Source: Chitinophaga pinensis (GTDB taxonomy: Bacteria > Bacteroidota > Bacteroidia > UKL13-3). From it: a stretch of 64,000 nt of DNA. The translations under genes and the position numbers were made by a program. The notes under the pieces are model-generated. The model was not told the origin of the DNA. It saw only the letters and a list, made by a program, of their open reading frames with translations, and ran no database searches. This document shows positions 8,603 through 18,598 of the stretch, piece by piece. The DNA is taken from NCBI GenBank assembly GCA_945870425.1, contig CAMBSD010000012.1:2923-66922 (forward strand), written 5' to 3'. How positions within the stretch are numbered: the stretch's first letter is position 1; the number at the start of each line of letters is the position of its first letter.

Positions 8603-8818
8603 TAAAAAACTAGTTGGTTATATGCTGAAACTTTTATTTTAACAACTCAGCATTGATTGAATAGACATCCACCATTCAATTACATTAATCGTTGAGAACA
8701 TTATTACCTAACATAAAAACGAGACAAAGCTATGTATTTTATAAAGGTTAATTCAACCAAATCTGGAATATTGAATTCAGGAATTGCAGGGATGTTCAAT
8801 TATGAAACCAATTTACGA

Positions 8819-9493
8819 CTATTTCTTAATCAAATAATCGAAGCGATAATTTGAAAAGGGCAATTCACTTTTTTGTTGCATAAATTCACCTTTTAGTCCC
8901 AAGCTCTGGCAAATGCGATTCATCTCTTCTTCAGACCAAAACTTACCCATATCGTTTTGTCTAAAAAAATTTTGTTTTACCAATCTTAGTTTCTTGCTAA
9001 AGTTATCGTAGTAAACATCCTTTTTAGCCAAATCAGGAACATCTCCTATAAGCAATATGGCTCCTGGTTTCATGTGCTTGTTTAAATTATTAATAACCTC
9101 AAATCCTTTTTGGAATGTATCAAAATATTGGAATGAAAAATAGAGGATTATTTTATCAAATTGTTCATCAAGCTTAAGATTAAGTGCATCTACCTGCTTA
9201 AATAAAATGTTTGAATCTATATGTTTTACCATAGCATCATTTATGAGCATTTCAGAAAAATCAACTGCCGTGACTTGATTGCAATATTTGGCTAACTCCA
9301 AACTAAGCAAGCCGTTTCCACAGCATACATCAAGAAGTTTATCATTTGCTTGTAAATCTATTTTCTGCTTGATATCATCTGCAATAAGGCTTAAAGTTAG
9401 AAGTGGCATTACTACTCCATTCTTAATTCTTCCCACCTGCTTTTGGGCATTTCCTTCTAAGGACTTTTGATTCCAAAATTCTTTCCAATTCAT
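8819..9493 (-). CDS. class I SAM-dependent methyltransferase
   Basis: Motif I LLDVCCGNGLLSLELA; post-I VTAVDFS. Confidence 0.7.
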   Translation of the reverse strand: MNWKEFWNQKSLEGNAQKQVGRIKNGVVMPLLTLSLIADDIKQKIDLQANDKLLDVCCGNGLLSLELAKYCNQVTAVDFSEMLINDAMVKHIDSNILFKQVDALNLKLDEQFDKIILYFSFQYFDTFQKGFEVINNLNKHMKPGAILLIGDVPDLAKKDVYYDNFSKKLRLVKQNFFRQNDMGKFWSEEEMNRICQSLGLKGEFMQQKSELPFSNYRFDYLIKK

Positions 9494-9495
9494 GC

Positions 9496-9969
9496 CTATT
9501 CGTGGTGGTAAGGTTCGTTTTTGATGATGGTAAAAGCTCTATACAACTGCTCTGCAAAAATCAAGCGAATAAGTTGATGAGAAAAAGTCATTTCAGACAA
9601 TGAAATTTTAGCGTTGGCCCTATTGTATACATCTTGACTAAAACCATATGCCCCGCCTATTACAAAGCAAATATGGCTATGCTGAATAGATAACTTCTCG
9701 AGGTGTTTGGCAAAGGCAACAGAACCAAGAGTCTTTCCATTTTCATCTAATAAAATGATATAATCATTGGGTTTAATCTTGGCTAAAAGCAAATCAGCTT
9801 CATTCTTTTTTATCTGCTCAATTTGATTTGATTTTAGTCGAGAAGGCAATTCAATCAATAGGCTTTCAAACTTGCAGTAATGTTTGAGGCGAGACGCAAA
9901 CTCATCAAAGCCAGTATCTACAAACTTAAAATGTGTTTTACCTAATTGAATGAGTGTTACTTTTAACAT
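9496..9969 (-). CDS. rlmH: 23S rRNA (pseudouridine1915-N3)-methyltransferase
   Basis: 157 aa counted from Met18 of ORF 9496..10020 (MLKVTLIQLGKT...FVIGGAYGF...LSLSEMTFSHQL..EQLYRA). The upstream 17 codons are encoded by a terminator hairpin, so they are rejected. Confidence 0.8.
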   Translation of the reverse strand: MLKVTLIQLGKTHFKFVDTGFDEFASRLKHYCKFESLLIELPSRLKSNQIEQIKKNEADLLLAKIKPNDYIILLDENGKTLGSVAFAKHLEKLSIQHSHICFVIGGAYGFSQDVYNRANAKISLSEMTFSHQLIRLIFAEQLYRAFTIIKNEPYHHE

Positions 9970-9989
9970 TGTTGTTGGGTATAAAATAG

Positions 9990-10018
9990 GATGCGCCCCA
10001 GCGAAGCTGGGGCGCATC
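9990..10018 (-). terminator. 13-bp perfect hairpin with a GAA loop downstream of clpC
   Basis: GATGCGCCCCAGC-GAA-GCTGGGGCGCATC. On the minus strand it is followed by cTATTTTAT. It sits between the clpC stop and the rlmH start. Confidence 0.6.
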
Positions 10019-10088
10019 ACCTATGTCTTATCAAGGCGAAGCACGAAACCATCAATACTTTCAGATGGTTTCAGCTATGAGAATCAAA

Positions 10089-12644
10089 TTAATTGTTCTC
10101 TGGCTTTTCTGCTGTCGTGTCTTTTTTCTTCTTTTCTTTCTTTTTTACAGTTGATATTTTCAACTCATCAGGATTAGCTTCTTTGTCATAATCTACATCC
10201 AAAGTTTCACCTTCGCCTGTTTCAAATTTCAATACCTCTTCAGCCATTGGATCTTCAACATACTTTTGAATGGTTCGTGCCAAAGGCCTTGCACCTAAGT
10301 CTGCATCAAATCCTTTTTCAGCCAAGAATTCTTTTGCCACATCTGAAATTTTGAATTTAAAGCCAAGCTCTTCCACTCGTTTTACCAATTTAGCTAAACT
10401 CAAATCGAGGATTTTAACGATAGATTCTTTAGCCAATGAATTGAATACAATCACATCATCAATACGGTTTAAAAACTCAGGAGAAAAGAAACGCTTTAAA
10501 GCCGTTTCAATAATTATCTTAGTATTCTTATCTGAATCATTTTGTTTGCTAACGGTATTAAATCCAACTCCACCTCCAAAATCTTTCAACTGTCGACTGC
10601 CAATGTTAGAGGTCATAATGATGATGGTATTTCTAAAATCTACTTTACGCCCTAAACTATCAGTCAAGAAACCTTCATCCAATACTTGCAACAAGATATT
10701 AAACACATCTGGATGCGCCTTCTCTATTTCATCAAGCAATATTACAGCATAAGGTTTTCTACGAATCTTCTCTGTTAATTGACCACCTTCCTCATAACCT
10801 ACATAGCCCGGAGGCGCTCCTACCAATCGAGAAACCGCAAATTTCTCCATGTATTCGCTCATATCTATTCGCACGATTGAATCATCATTATCGAATAAAT
10901 ACCTTGCTAAAACCTTTGCCATTTCTGTTTTACCCACACCAGTAGGGCCAAGAAAAACAAATGAACCAATTGGTTTATTAGGGTTTTTCAAACCTGCTCT
11001 TGTGCGCTGAATAGCTTTGGCTAATTTCTTAATGGCTTCGTCCTGACCAATCACCTTGCCCATCAACTCAGTTCCCATGTTCAGCAAGCGCTGGCCTTCG
11101 CTTTGGGCAATTCGCTTAACAGGTATGCCTGTCATCATTGCTATTACTTCAGCCACATCATCAGTGGTTACATTGAAGCGTTGGTTTTTGGCATCGTCTT
11201 CCCATTTGGCTTTTTCAGTTTCTAACTGCTCAAGCAAATGTTTTTCTCTGTCACGCAGTTTGGCCGCTTCCTCGTATCGTTGGCTTTTTACTACTTTGTT
11301 TTTCTCTACTTTTATTTCTTCAACTTGTTTCTCAAGTTCAAGTATGCTTTCAGGAACATGGATATTGCTTAGATGCACCCTAGCCCCTACTTCATCCAAC
11401 ACATCAATGGCTTTATCTGGCAAAAACCTGTCTGTCATATAACGGTTACTCATTTTTACACAAGCCTCAATCGCTTCAGATTCGTATGTTACGCTATGAT
11501 GGTCTTCGTATTTATTTTTGATGTTATTTAAAATCTCAACGGTTTCTTCTGGACTGGTTGGTTCAACCATTACGATTTGGAACCTGCGCTCTAAGGCACC
11601 ATCCTTCTCGATATACTGGCGATACTCGTCAAGGGTGGTGGCACCAATACATTGGATTTCACCCCTTGCCAAAGCGGGCTTAAACATGTTGCTTGCATCC
11701 AAACTTCCACTTGCTCCACCTGCACCCACAATGGTATGTATCTCGTCAATAAACAAAATCACATCGGGCGATTTTTCCAATTCATTCATCACCGCTTTCA
11801 TGCGCTCTTCAAACTGTCCACGGTATTTGGTTCCTGCTACAAGGCTTGCCAGATCAAGCATCACCACTCGTTTATTAAATAAAACAAGTGATACTTTTCT
11901 TTGTATGATTCTTAAAGCCAAACCCTCAGCAATAGCGGTTTTTCCTACGCCTGGCTCACCAATAAGGATTGGGTTGTTCTTTTTACGTCTAGATAATATT
12001 TGAGAAACACGCTCTATCTCTTTCTCTCTGCCAACAATGGCATCAAGTTTACCTTCTTCGGCCGATTTGGTTAAATCTCTTCCAAAATTATCAAGCACAG
12101 GTGTTTTAGATTTCGAATCAGGCTTACGCAGAGGCTCTTGCTTGCGCTCTTCAGGCCTGCCACTATAATAATCTTCCTCATCAGCATTTGGCGTTTCGTT
12201 TTTCACTTCTGAAATATTGTTCTCAATAGCTGCTTTCATGATATCGTAGTTAATGCCAAACTGCGAAAGGATTTGCGAAGCCAAATTGTCTTCATCCCGC
12301 AATATTGACAGTAAAAGGTGCTCTGTACCTATGATATCAGTCTTGAAGATTTTTGCTTCAAGGTAGGTTATTTTAAGCACCTTTTCAGCTTGCTTTGTAA
12401 GGGGGATGTTTACAAAATTGGTATTGTTTGAGGCAGTATTTTTAATGGCATCTTCTATAGTTCTCTTTAGCTTTATCTTGTCTATATCCAAAGCCTGAAG
12501 GGTCTTAATAGCCTTGCCATCACCTTCCCTGATAAGGCCAAGCAGCAAGTGCTCGGTACCTATGTAATCGTGCCCTAATCTTATAGCCTCTTCACGGCTA
12601 TAGCTAATTACGTCTTTAACGCGTGGCGAAAATTTTGCTTCCAT
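10089..12644 (-). CDS. clpC: ATP-dependent Clp protease ATP-binding subunit ClpC (class I AAA+)
   Basis: Two Clp_N repeats (IGTEHLLLGLIRE, IGTEHLLLSILRD), Walker A GEPGVGKT and GPTGVGKT, and a UVR-like linker QRYEEAAKLRDREKHL. Confidence 0.9.
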   Translation of the reverse strand: MEAKFSPRVKDVISYSREEAIRLGHDYIGTEHLLLGLIREGDGKAIKTLQALDIDKIKLKRTIEDAIKNTASNNTNFVNIPLTKQAEKVLKITYLEAKIFKTDIIGTEHLLLSILRDEDNLASQILSQFGINYDIMKAAIENNISEVKNETPNADEEDYYSGRPEERKQEPLRKPDSKSKTPVLDNFGRDLTKSAEEGKLDAIVGREKEIERVSQILSRRKKNNPILIGEPGVGKTAIAEGLALRIIQRKVSLVLFNKRVVMLDLASLVAGTKYRGQFEERMKAVMNELEKSPDVILFIDEIHTIVGAGGASGSLDASNMFKPALARGEIQCIGATTLDEYRQYIEKDGALERRFQIVMVEPTSPEETVEILNNIKNKYEDHHSVTYESEAIEACVKMSNRYMTDRFLPDKAIDVLDEVGARVHLSNIHVPESILELEKQVEEIKVEKNKVVKSQRYEEAAKLRDREKHLLEQLETEKAKWEDDAKNQRFNVTTDDVAEVIAMMTGIPVKRIAQSEGQRLLNMGTELMGKVIGQDEAIKKLAKAIQRTRAGLKNPNKPIGSFVFLGPTGVGKTEMAKVLARYLFDNDDSIVRIDMSEYMEKFAVSRLVGAPPGYVGYEEGGQLTEKIRRKPYAVILLDEIEKAHPDVFNILLQVLDEGFLTDSLGRKVDFRNTIIIMTSNIGSRQLKDFGGGVGFNTVSKQNDSDKNTKIIIETALKRFFSPEFLNRIDDVIVFNSLAKESIVKILDLSLAKLVKRVEELGFKFKISDVAKEFLAEKGFDADLGARPLARTIQKYVEDPMAEEVLKFETGEGETLDVDYDKEANPDELKISTVKKKEKKKKDTTAEKPENN

Positions 12645-12851
12645 GTATATATACTTCGATTTTTATTATACTTAAAGATTAGTCAAACAATGTTCCAAAA
12701 CAGTTTACGCAATTTATAAATTGAATTTATAAAACAATGTCAATTATGTTCACAAATAGATGTTAGCTGTTTAGTGGTAACCATATCAAGTTTTATCAAT
12801 CGATAAATCTCTGATTATAAAAACTATACTCACACATATAAATTCGCAATA

Positions 12852-12875
12852 GATTCTTCGTGCCTCAGAATGACG
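12852..12875. repeat. REP-like box (GTCATTCTGAGGCACGAAGAATC on the minus strand)
   Basis: Member of the GTCAnnnnGAG/GCGA...GAAGCAATC-type family, which is also seen at 21320, 33215, 33789 and 33950. Confidence 0.5.
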
Positions 12876-12897
12876 AAATATTACTCATATCAAACAT

Positions 12898-13674
12898 CTA
12901 TTCCGAATTAGCTGCTTCTTGAATCATTTTCTCGGCCAGTTCTTTACCCAAATAAGCATCAATGAGCTTGTGAATAAAGTAAAGCAAAGGAATCATCACA
13001 AATGCTGCTGTGAATTTGTACACATAATTTACAATACAAATGGCCAAAACCTGCGACAATGGCCATTGGTCGGGGGTATTTAATTTGCCCAAATAAAAGG
13101 CAATGTAAAGCACCACGAAGCTATCTATCAGTTGAGACACCAAAGTGCTGATGGTGGCCCTAAGCCAAAGATGCTTATCTCCGGTGCTTTGACGCACCCA
13201 ATGAAATACCTTTACATCTATTAATTGCCCCAATAAAAAAGCCACCAATGAACCTATTATAATCCATAAACCTTGACCAAATATGGAATTATAAGCCAAA
13301 TTCATATCTAAAGGACCGCTTTCAGTTTGCTTGGTATTCCAAAAATCTGCACCTGTGGCATGTATGGCAGTAAAAACACCAATAAATGAATAAGCTATCA
13401 AAGTGGCTGCAATTAAAGAATAAAGCCTTACTGCTTTGTGCCCAAAATACTCGTTAATAATGTCTGTCATCACAAACACAATGGGCCACAGGATGACACC
13501 TGCAGTCATGTTAAAAGATAGCTCGAAGCCAAATAGATGCCAATTGGCAGGCTCGAATCCAAGAGTTTTTTCGAGCGAAAATATCTTCACACCTATAAAC
13601 TCGGCAATGATGGCATTGGCAATAAAAAACGAACTCAGTACTAAAAACAATATATTGCGTTTTGATTCCTTCAT
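12898..13674 (-). CDS. yhhQ: queuosine-precursor transporter (YhhQ/DUF165, VUT family)
   Basis: Polytopic membrane protein with the VFVMTDIINEYFG motif characteristic of YhhQ-type proteins. Confidence 0.7.
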   Translation of the reverse strand: MKESKRNILFLVLSSFFIANAIIAEFIGVKIFSLEKTLGFEPANWHLFGFELSFNMTAGVILWPIVFVMTDIINEYFGHKAVRLYSLIAATLIAYSFIGVFTAIHATGADFWNTKQTESGPLDMNLAYNSIFGQGLWIIIGSLVAFLLGQLIDVKVFHWVRQSTGDKHLWLRATISTLVSQLIDSFVVLYIAFYLGKLNTPDQWPLSQVLAICIVNYVYKFTAAFVMIPLLYFIHKLIDAYLGKELAEKMIQEAANSE

Positions 13675-13806
13675 ATCTTAATAATAACAATACAATTATA
13701 AACACAATAAGTTTGAAAGAAAGCGATTAAACAAAATGTTGAAAGTCTGTTAAAATCATCTCTTAACAATTAATTAAAATCGTAAGTTGAAATAAATAAA
13801 AAAAGT

Positions 13807-14418
13807 ATGCATTTAGCCATAGCAGGAAACATAGGATCGGGAAAAACAACATTGACTACACTTTTGTCGAAACATTACAAATTTGAGCCTCATTATGAGG
13901 ATGTGGAAGACAATCCCTACATCAGCGATTTTTATGAAGACATGCAAAGATGGAGCTTCAATTTGCAAATCTATTTTTTAAATAGCCGCTACAATACCGT
14001 TTTGGGTTTACAAAAATCTAAGAAAAACATCATCCAAGATAGAACCATATACGAAGATGCCAACATTTTTGCACCTAACCTTCATTCAATGGGATTGATG
14101 AGCACCCGAGATTTTGAAACCTACCAAAAACTTTTCGAATCGCTAAACCAAACAATTAAAGCACCAGATTTGTTGGTGTATTTAAGGGCTTCTATTCCAT
14201 CCTTGGTTAATAATATTCAAAAACGTGGCAGAGATTATGAAGATAGCATTCGTTTGGATTATTTAAAACGCCTAAACGAAAGATATGAAGCATGGATTAG
14301 CACATACAAACACAAGCATATTATTATTGAAGTAGATGATTTGAACTATGCCGAACGCCCTGAAGACTTGGGTAAGGTTATATCAAGAATTGAGACAGAA
14401 ATAAACGGTTTGTTTTAA
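13807..14418 (+). CDS. deoxynucleoside kinase
   Basis: P-loop IAGNIGSGKTTL, then DRTIYED and RASIPSLVNNIQKRGRDYE (dNK LID region). Confidence 0.8.
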   Translation: MHLAIAGNIGSGKTTLTTLLSKHYKFEPHYEDVEDNPYISDFYEDMQRWSFNLQIYFLNSRYNTVLGLQKSKKNIIQDRTIYEDANIFAPNLHSMGLMSTRDFETYQKLFESLNQTIKAPDLLVYLRASIPSLVNNIQKRGRDYEDSIRLDYLKRLNERYEAWISTYKHKHIIIEVDDLNYAERPEDLGKVISRIETEINGLF

Positions 14419-14442
14419 AAAAACTAAATATTTATATAGAGA

Positions 14443-14471
14443 AGTCAGGTGAAAACGCCTGACTTTTTTTT
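14443..14471 (+). terminator. rho-independent terminator after the dNK gene
   Basis: AGTCAGG-tgaaaacg-CCTGACT followed by T8. Confidence 0.75.
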
Positions 14472-14556
14472 CAAAAGAATCTCCGTTATATAATCTATAA
14501 CGCCTTGTGCAATGTCAATCAAACAATGTATGTTTGCCATACAGAAATAGAGAAAC

Positions 14557-15051
14557 ATGACAAGCATAGAAATAATACCTGCTGAAGAAAGCCATTTGCC
14601 CGCCATTTTTTCTATTTACAATGATGCCATATTGCATGGCACTGCCACCTTTGATACGGAAGCTAAAAGCGATTTAGAAATAGCCCAATGGTGGAAAAAA
14701 CACAATCAAAAATACTGTGTATTTGTTGCTATGCGTGGAGGTGAATTGCTAGGTTGGGCAAGTCTTAGCCAATGGAGCGACAAGCAAGCTTATAATGATT
14801 CGGCTGAATTAAGTGTCTATATTTTGCCTAGCTGTCAAGGACAAAACATTGGGCAAATGCTTATGACAGAAGTTTTGGAGCAAGGCAAGGCTGAAGGGGT
14901 TCATACCATTATATCACGCATTACCCAGGGAAATGACATCAGCATACACATTCACAAAAAATTTAACTTTGAAATGGTGGGTGTGCTGAAAGAAGTTGGA
15001 CGAAAATTTGGTCGTTTGCTGGATGTAACCATGATGCAAAAGATTTTATAA
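14557..15051 (+). CDS. GNAT N-acetyltransferase (phosphinothricin-acetyltransferase-like)
   Basis: ATFDTE..., the acetyl-CoA loop QGQNIGQMLM, and a 164-aa length. Confidence 0.7.
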   Translation: MTSIEIIPAEESHLPAIFSIYNDAILHGTATFDTEAKSDLEIAQWWKKHNQKYCVFVAMRGGELLGWASLSQWSDKQAYNDSAELSVYILPSCQGQNIGQMLMTEVLEQGKAEGVHTIISRITQGNDISIHIHKKFNFEMVGVLKEVGRKFGRLLDVTMMQKIL

Positions 15052-15056
15052 GAAAA

Positions 15057-15311
15057 TTAAACTCTTTTGCTTTGAAAGAAGATTCGATAACAATTTAAGC
15101 ATCTGAATTTTTTCAATTCACTCATATTCATTACCTGCAAATTTTTATAAAAAGCACTGCGCTTTAATCGTTCTGTCTTGTTTGATTTACATTTTGGGCA
15201 AACCAATTCTTTTGTAATTTTCCTCTTGAAATTTACATATAGATAAAACAAGACCAAAATGGGCCCAAATACTAAAATTTCATTCTTGTAAAATTCAATT
15301 AAATCAATCAT
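15057..15311 (-). CDS. small membrane protein with a zinc-ribbon (CPKC...CLNC)
   Basis: N-terminal TM helix followed by two CxxC pairs. Confidence 0.45.
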   Translation of the reverse strand: MIDLIEFYKNEILVFGPILVLFYLYVNFKRKITKELVCPKCKSNKTERLKRSAFYKNLQVMNMSELKKFRCLNCYRIFFQSKRV

Positions 15312-15469
15312 AATTTGCTCGAGATTATAAAATTTATTTCATTTTTGAAAAATAAATTTACAAGCAACCAAAATAACTTTACAATTGACTATAAATTTTA
15401 ATTTAATAAAAATATTGATAAAGATTATAAAACAAAGCTAATATCGCGCAATAGACTTGTAGATTTAAC

Positions 15470-16339
15470 ATGAAAAACCTATCTATTTCAATTTTATTAT
15501 TCAGCATTTTAGCCTTGGCTTGTTCACCAAAAACCTATGATTCAGTTGAATGGCAGAATTCAAGCGTAGGTGTGGATGGTGTAATTGATGATTGGGCTAA
15601 TCCTTTGCGTTTTTACGATAACAAAAGCAAAATCAATTATAGCATTTCCAACGACCTAAAGAATATTTACCTATGTATAAAAATTTCAGATAGGTCCACC
15701 CAGTTGAAAATACTTAGGGCAGGTATGGAATTTAAAATCGACACATTAAGTAAAAATGGATTCCCCATTTCATTTATGTATCCCTTACCAAATCAAAACA
15801 AAGCAAAACACCAACGAAATACGGACAATGAATTCAATATAAATACAGTTGACAAACAAGACCTTTCGCAAACAATGAAAAGGTATTTATTAGAAGCCAA
15901 AAACGCAGAACTAATAGGATTTAAGCCGGAATTGGGGAAAACTATTTCACTGTTTGAAAACACTACAGGTATACAAGCTGCCATACGTATTGACAATGGA
16001 GGCATTATGTGTTATGAGGCCATCATACCATTTGAAACCTTTTATAAAAAGGCGCTAGACAACGCTGACTCCAATCTAGTTTTTAATTATGAGATAAGAA
16101 TAAATGCTTTACCTGCACCTTCTATGAGTTCAGGTGGAGGTTATAATGGAGCAGAAATGAGTGATAGAGGTACGCGAGTTGTTGGAAGGTTACCCCAAGG
16201 TGGAGGTGGTATGCGAGGTGCAGAAAGTCAAGGAGAAAACTACAATAGTGCAACCTATTCTGAAATGTACAATACCAATGAGATAAAAATAAAATTGAAA
16301 TTTGCCTTAGGTCCTATATCTGCTGAAATAGCTCCATAA
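15470..16339 (+). CDS. hypothetical lipoprotein with a Gly-rich C-terminal region
   Basis: Signal peptide plus lipobox (LALAC); no recognised catalytic motif. Confidence 0.5.
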   Translation: MKNLSISILLFSILALACSPKTYDSVEWQNSSVGVDGVIDDWANPLRFYDNKSKINYSISNDLKNIYLCIKISDRSTQLKILRAGMEFKIDTLSKNGFPISFMYPLPNQNKAKHQRNTDNEFNINTVDKQDLSQTMKRYLLEAKNAELIGFKPELGKTISLFENTTGIQAAIRIDNGGIMCYEAIIPFETFYKKALDNADSNLVFNYEIRINALPAPSMSSGGGYNGAEMSDRGTRVVGRLPQGGGGMRGAESQGENYNSATYSEMYNTNEIKIKLKFALGPISAEIAP

Positions 16340-16368
16340 TATATCAAGTCATTATTGAATACCAAGCA

Positions 16369-17130
16369 TCAAATAAGGGTCCATATTTCCCAACTTTTTT
16401 CTGCTTGCAGGTGCAGCATTTCTAGTCCGTTTTTAATGGAAGCTCCTCGCATTTTTGCCTCATTTAAGAAACTTGGTTCTTCGGGTAGATAAATTAAATC
16501 GTAGCAGTAGTGTGAATCATTTATAAAATCAAATGGTAAAGGAAGCAAATCCTTTACATCAGGAAACATTCCTACAGGGGTGCAATTAACTATTAATTGA
16601 GATGATTCAATTATGTCTCTCGACAAATCTTCATAACCAATACAATCCTCTGTCGCTTGCCTTGTTAAAGTTATCATTCGCACGCCATGCTTTTGAAGCA
16701 CATATTTTATGGCCTTGGCAGCACCACCATTACCTATAACAATGGCATTTTTTATTTTTGAGATATCTTTTACAAAATTAATTAAAGATACTTCAAAACC
16801 ATATACATCAGTATTGTAACCAATCAACTTATATTCATCAAGATTTGCAGATTCTCTGATAACTTTCACGCAATTTACCGCGCCAATCTCCAGAGCGCTG
16901 ATGTCAATTTCATGAAGCATTTTGAGAATTTCTTGTTTAAAAGGAATAGTTACATTAAATCCTTTGATAGTAGGATGAAAAAGCAACATATCCTTAACCA
17001 ATTCAATATCGGGTAGAGGGAAGTTTCGGTAACTGTATTCTATTAAACCAAGCTCATTAAATTTCTTCGTAAAGAAATCCTTACTAAAGTTGTTTCTAAG
17101 AGGATAACCTATAAGGCCAAATTGATCCAT
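16369..17130 (-). CDS. aroE: shikimate dehydrogenase
   Basis: GLIGYPL..S.S, NVTIPFKQ and VIGNGGAAKA (NADP loop). Confidence 0.8.
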   Translation of the reverse strand: MDQFGLIGYPLRNNFSKDFFTKKFNELGLIEYSYRNFPLPDIELVKDMLLFHPTIKGFNVTIPFKQEILKMLHEIDISALEIGAVNCVKVIRESANLDEYKLIGYNTDVYGFEVSLINFVKDISKIKNAIVIGNGGAAKAIKYVLQKHGVRMITLTRQATEDCIGYEDLSRDIIESSQLIVNCTPVGMFPDVKDLLPLPFDFINDSHYCYDLIYLPEEPSFLNEAKMRGASIKNGLEMLHLQAEKSWEIWTLI

Positions 17131-17132
17131 AT

Positions 17133-17744
17133 TTAGCCCTTTGCTACGTTAAAGGATTTACTTATTTGACTGATGTAATCCAATAAATCTTCTCTTCCAA
17201 TTTTCTTTTCTGATGAGGTTTGAAAAACCTGTGGCATAGCAGCCCAATCTTTTAACATTTCCTCCTCAAAAGCAACTATATTGGCTTGCGCTTGAGCAGG
17301 TTTTAGCTTATCTAATTTTGTAAACACAATGGCAAATGGAACCCCTATTTCACCCAATAAATTAATAAAACTCAAATCACTTATTTGGGGTGGAACACGG
17401 CTATCAACCAACACAAAAACACATTGTAAGTTTTCACGCTTTCGCAAATAATTTTCCAAAGTTGCCTCCCATTCGGTTCTCAATGTTTTGCTGCGTTTGG
17501 CATAACCATAGCCGGGTAAATCGACCAAAAACCAATTTTCGTTGATTTTGTAATAGTTTAAACTTACTGTTTTTCCGGGGGTGGATGAGGTGCGGGCCAA
17601 TTGTTTTTTAGCCACTAGCATATTAATTAAGGAAGATTTACCCACGTTACTTCTACCAATAAATGCATATTCTGGCAGGTATTCGGTAGGGCAATCGCTT
17701 AGTTTGTTTGCACTTCTTTGAAAAACAGCCGACTTAATTTCCAT
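17133..17744 (-). CDS. engB: ribosome biogenesis GTP-binding protein YsxC/EngB
   Basis: G1 GRSNVGKSSLIN, G3 DLPGYG and G4 TKLDK. Confidence 0.85.
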   Translation of the reverse strand: MEIKSAVFQRSANKLSDCPTEYLPEYAFIGRSNVGKSSLINMLVAKKQLARTSSTPGKTVSLNYYKINENWFLVDLPGYGYAKRSKTLRTEWEATLENYLRKRENLQCVFVLVDSRVPPQISDLSFINLLGEIGVPFAIVFTKLDKLKPAQAQANIVAFEEEMLKDWAAMPQVFQTSSEKKIGREDLLDYISQISKSFNVAKG

Positions 17745-17872
17745 TCTGCGAAGTTAGTTTTTTTGAGTAGTTTCTACATAGACTTAAAACTTTATGCTTC
17801 TATAAGCCTTATTAAATTGAAATATTTTAACGAAAAAGCTATTAGTAATAGCTATTTTCGTAAGCGAAAAAG

Positions 17873-18598
17873 ATGAAAATAGTAAAACCAGACCAAAGTT
17901 CTGAAGCATCAAAAAAACAGCAGGTTGAAGCCATGTTTGATAGCATTGCCGAGAAATATGATTTCTTAAATCGTTTTCTGTCAATGGGTATAGATAAAGG
18001 ATGGAGAAAAAAAGCCATCAACGAATTAAAGGCAAGTGAGCCAAAATACATTTTGGATGTAGCTACCGGCACAGGCGATTTGGCATTGGAAGCCATAAGA
18101 TTGAATCCTGATAAGATTGTGGGGCTTGACCTTTCTGAACAAATGCTAGTGAAAGGAAGAGAGAAAATTACTGCAGCCAATCTTGGTTCAAAAATAGAAA
18201 TGGTGAAAGGCGATAGCGAAAACTTGCCTTTTGATAATGATAGCTTTGATGCGGTAACTGTTGCTTTTGGTGTCCGAAATTTCGAAAACTTGGATGCTGG
18301 ATTGAAAGAGATTAATCGTGTGATGAAAACCTCTGCAAAGCTTGTGGTGCTTGAATTTTCAAAGCCAAAGGTATTTCCTTACAAACAATTATACAATTTT
18401 TATTTTACCTACATCCTACCTGTTTGGGGTAACCTATTAAGCAAAAGCAGCAATGCATATACCTACTTACCAGAAAGCGTAAAACACTTCCCTGAAGGTG
18501 AGGAATTTGCCAGTCATTTGCGATTGTGCGGTTTTAAAAATATTATTGCTAAACCATTAACCCTTGGAACGTGTACGCTTTACGTAGCAGAAAAATAA
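17873..18598 (+). CDS. ubiE: demethylmenaquinone methyltransferase (UbiE/MenG)
   Basis: VEAMFDSIAEKYDFLNRFLSMGIDKGWRK and ILDVATGTGDLA. Confidence 0.85.
   Translation: MKIVKPDQSSEASKKQQVEAMFDSIAEKYDFLNRFLSMGIDKGWRKKAINELKASEPKYILDVATGTGDLALEAIRLNPDKIVGLDLSEQMLVKGREKITAANLGSKIEMVKGDSENLPFDNDSFDAVTVAFGVRNFENLDAGLKEINRVMKTSAKLVVLEFSKPKVFPYKQLYNFYFTYILPVWGNLLSKSSNAYTYLPESVKHFPEGEEFASHLRLCGFKNIIAKPLTLGTCTLYVAEK

Noticed and set aside
9970-10020. N-terminal 17-codon extension of rlmH (MMRPSFAGAHPILYPTT)
   Set aside because: These codons are the 13-bp GC-rich terminator hairpin downstream of clpC. Met18 gives the canonical 157-aa RlmH.
10270-12003. Several 76-161-aa plus-strand ORFs inside clpC, and similar antisense ORFs inside atpA/atpG/atpB/atpE, ftsY, rimO and the S8 peptidase
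   Set aside because: They are antisense shadows of strongly supported genes. They have low-complexity Ser/Leu-rich translations and no motifs.
13675-13806. preQ1 riboswitch upstream of the YhhQ-type transporter
   Set aside because: I read the 130-nt leader on the minus strand and could not find the preQ1-I hallmark (a short stem followed by CCC...TAAAAAACTA) or any convincing pseudoknot. A covariance-model scan would be needed to be certain.
17784-18180. 66-aa and 112-aa minus-strand ORFs around the ubiE start
   Set aside because: They overlap the ubiE coding region and promoter on the opposite strand. They are hydrophobic and low-complexity, with no support.
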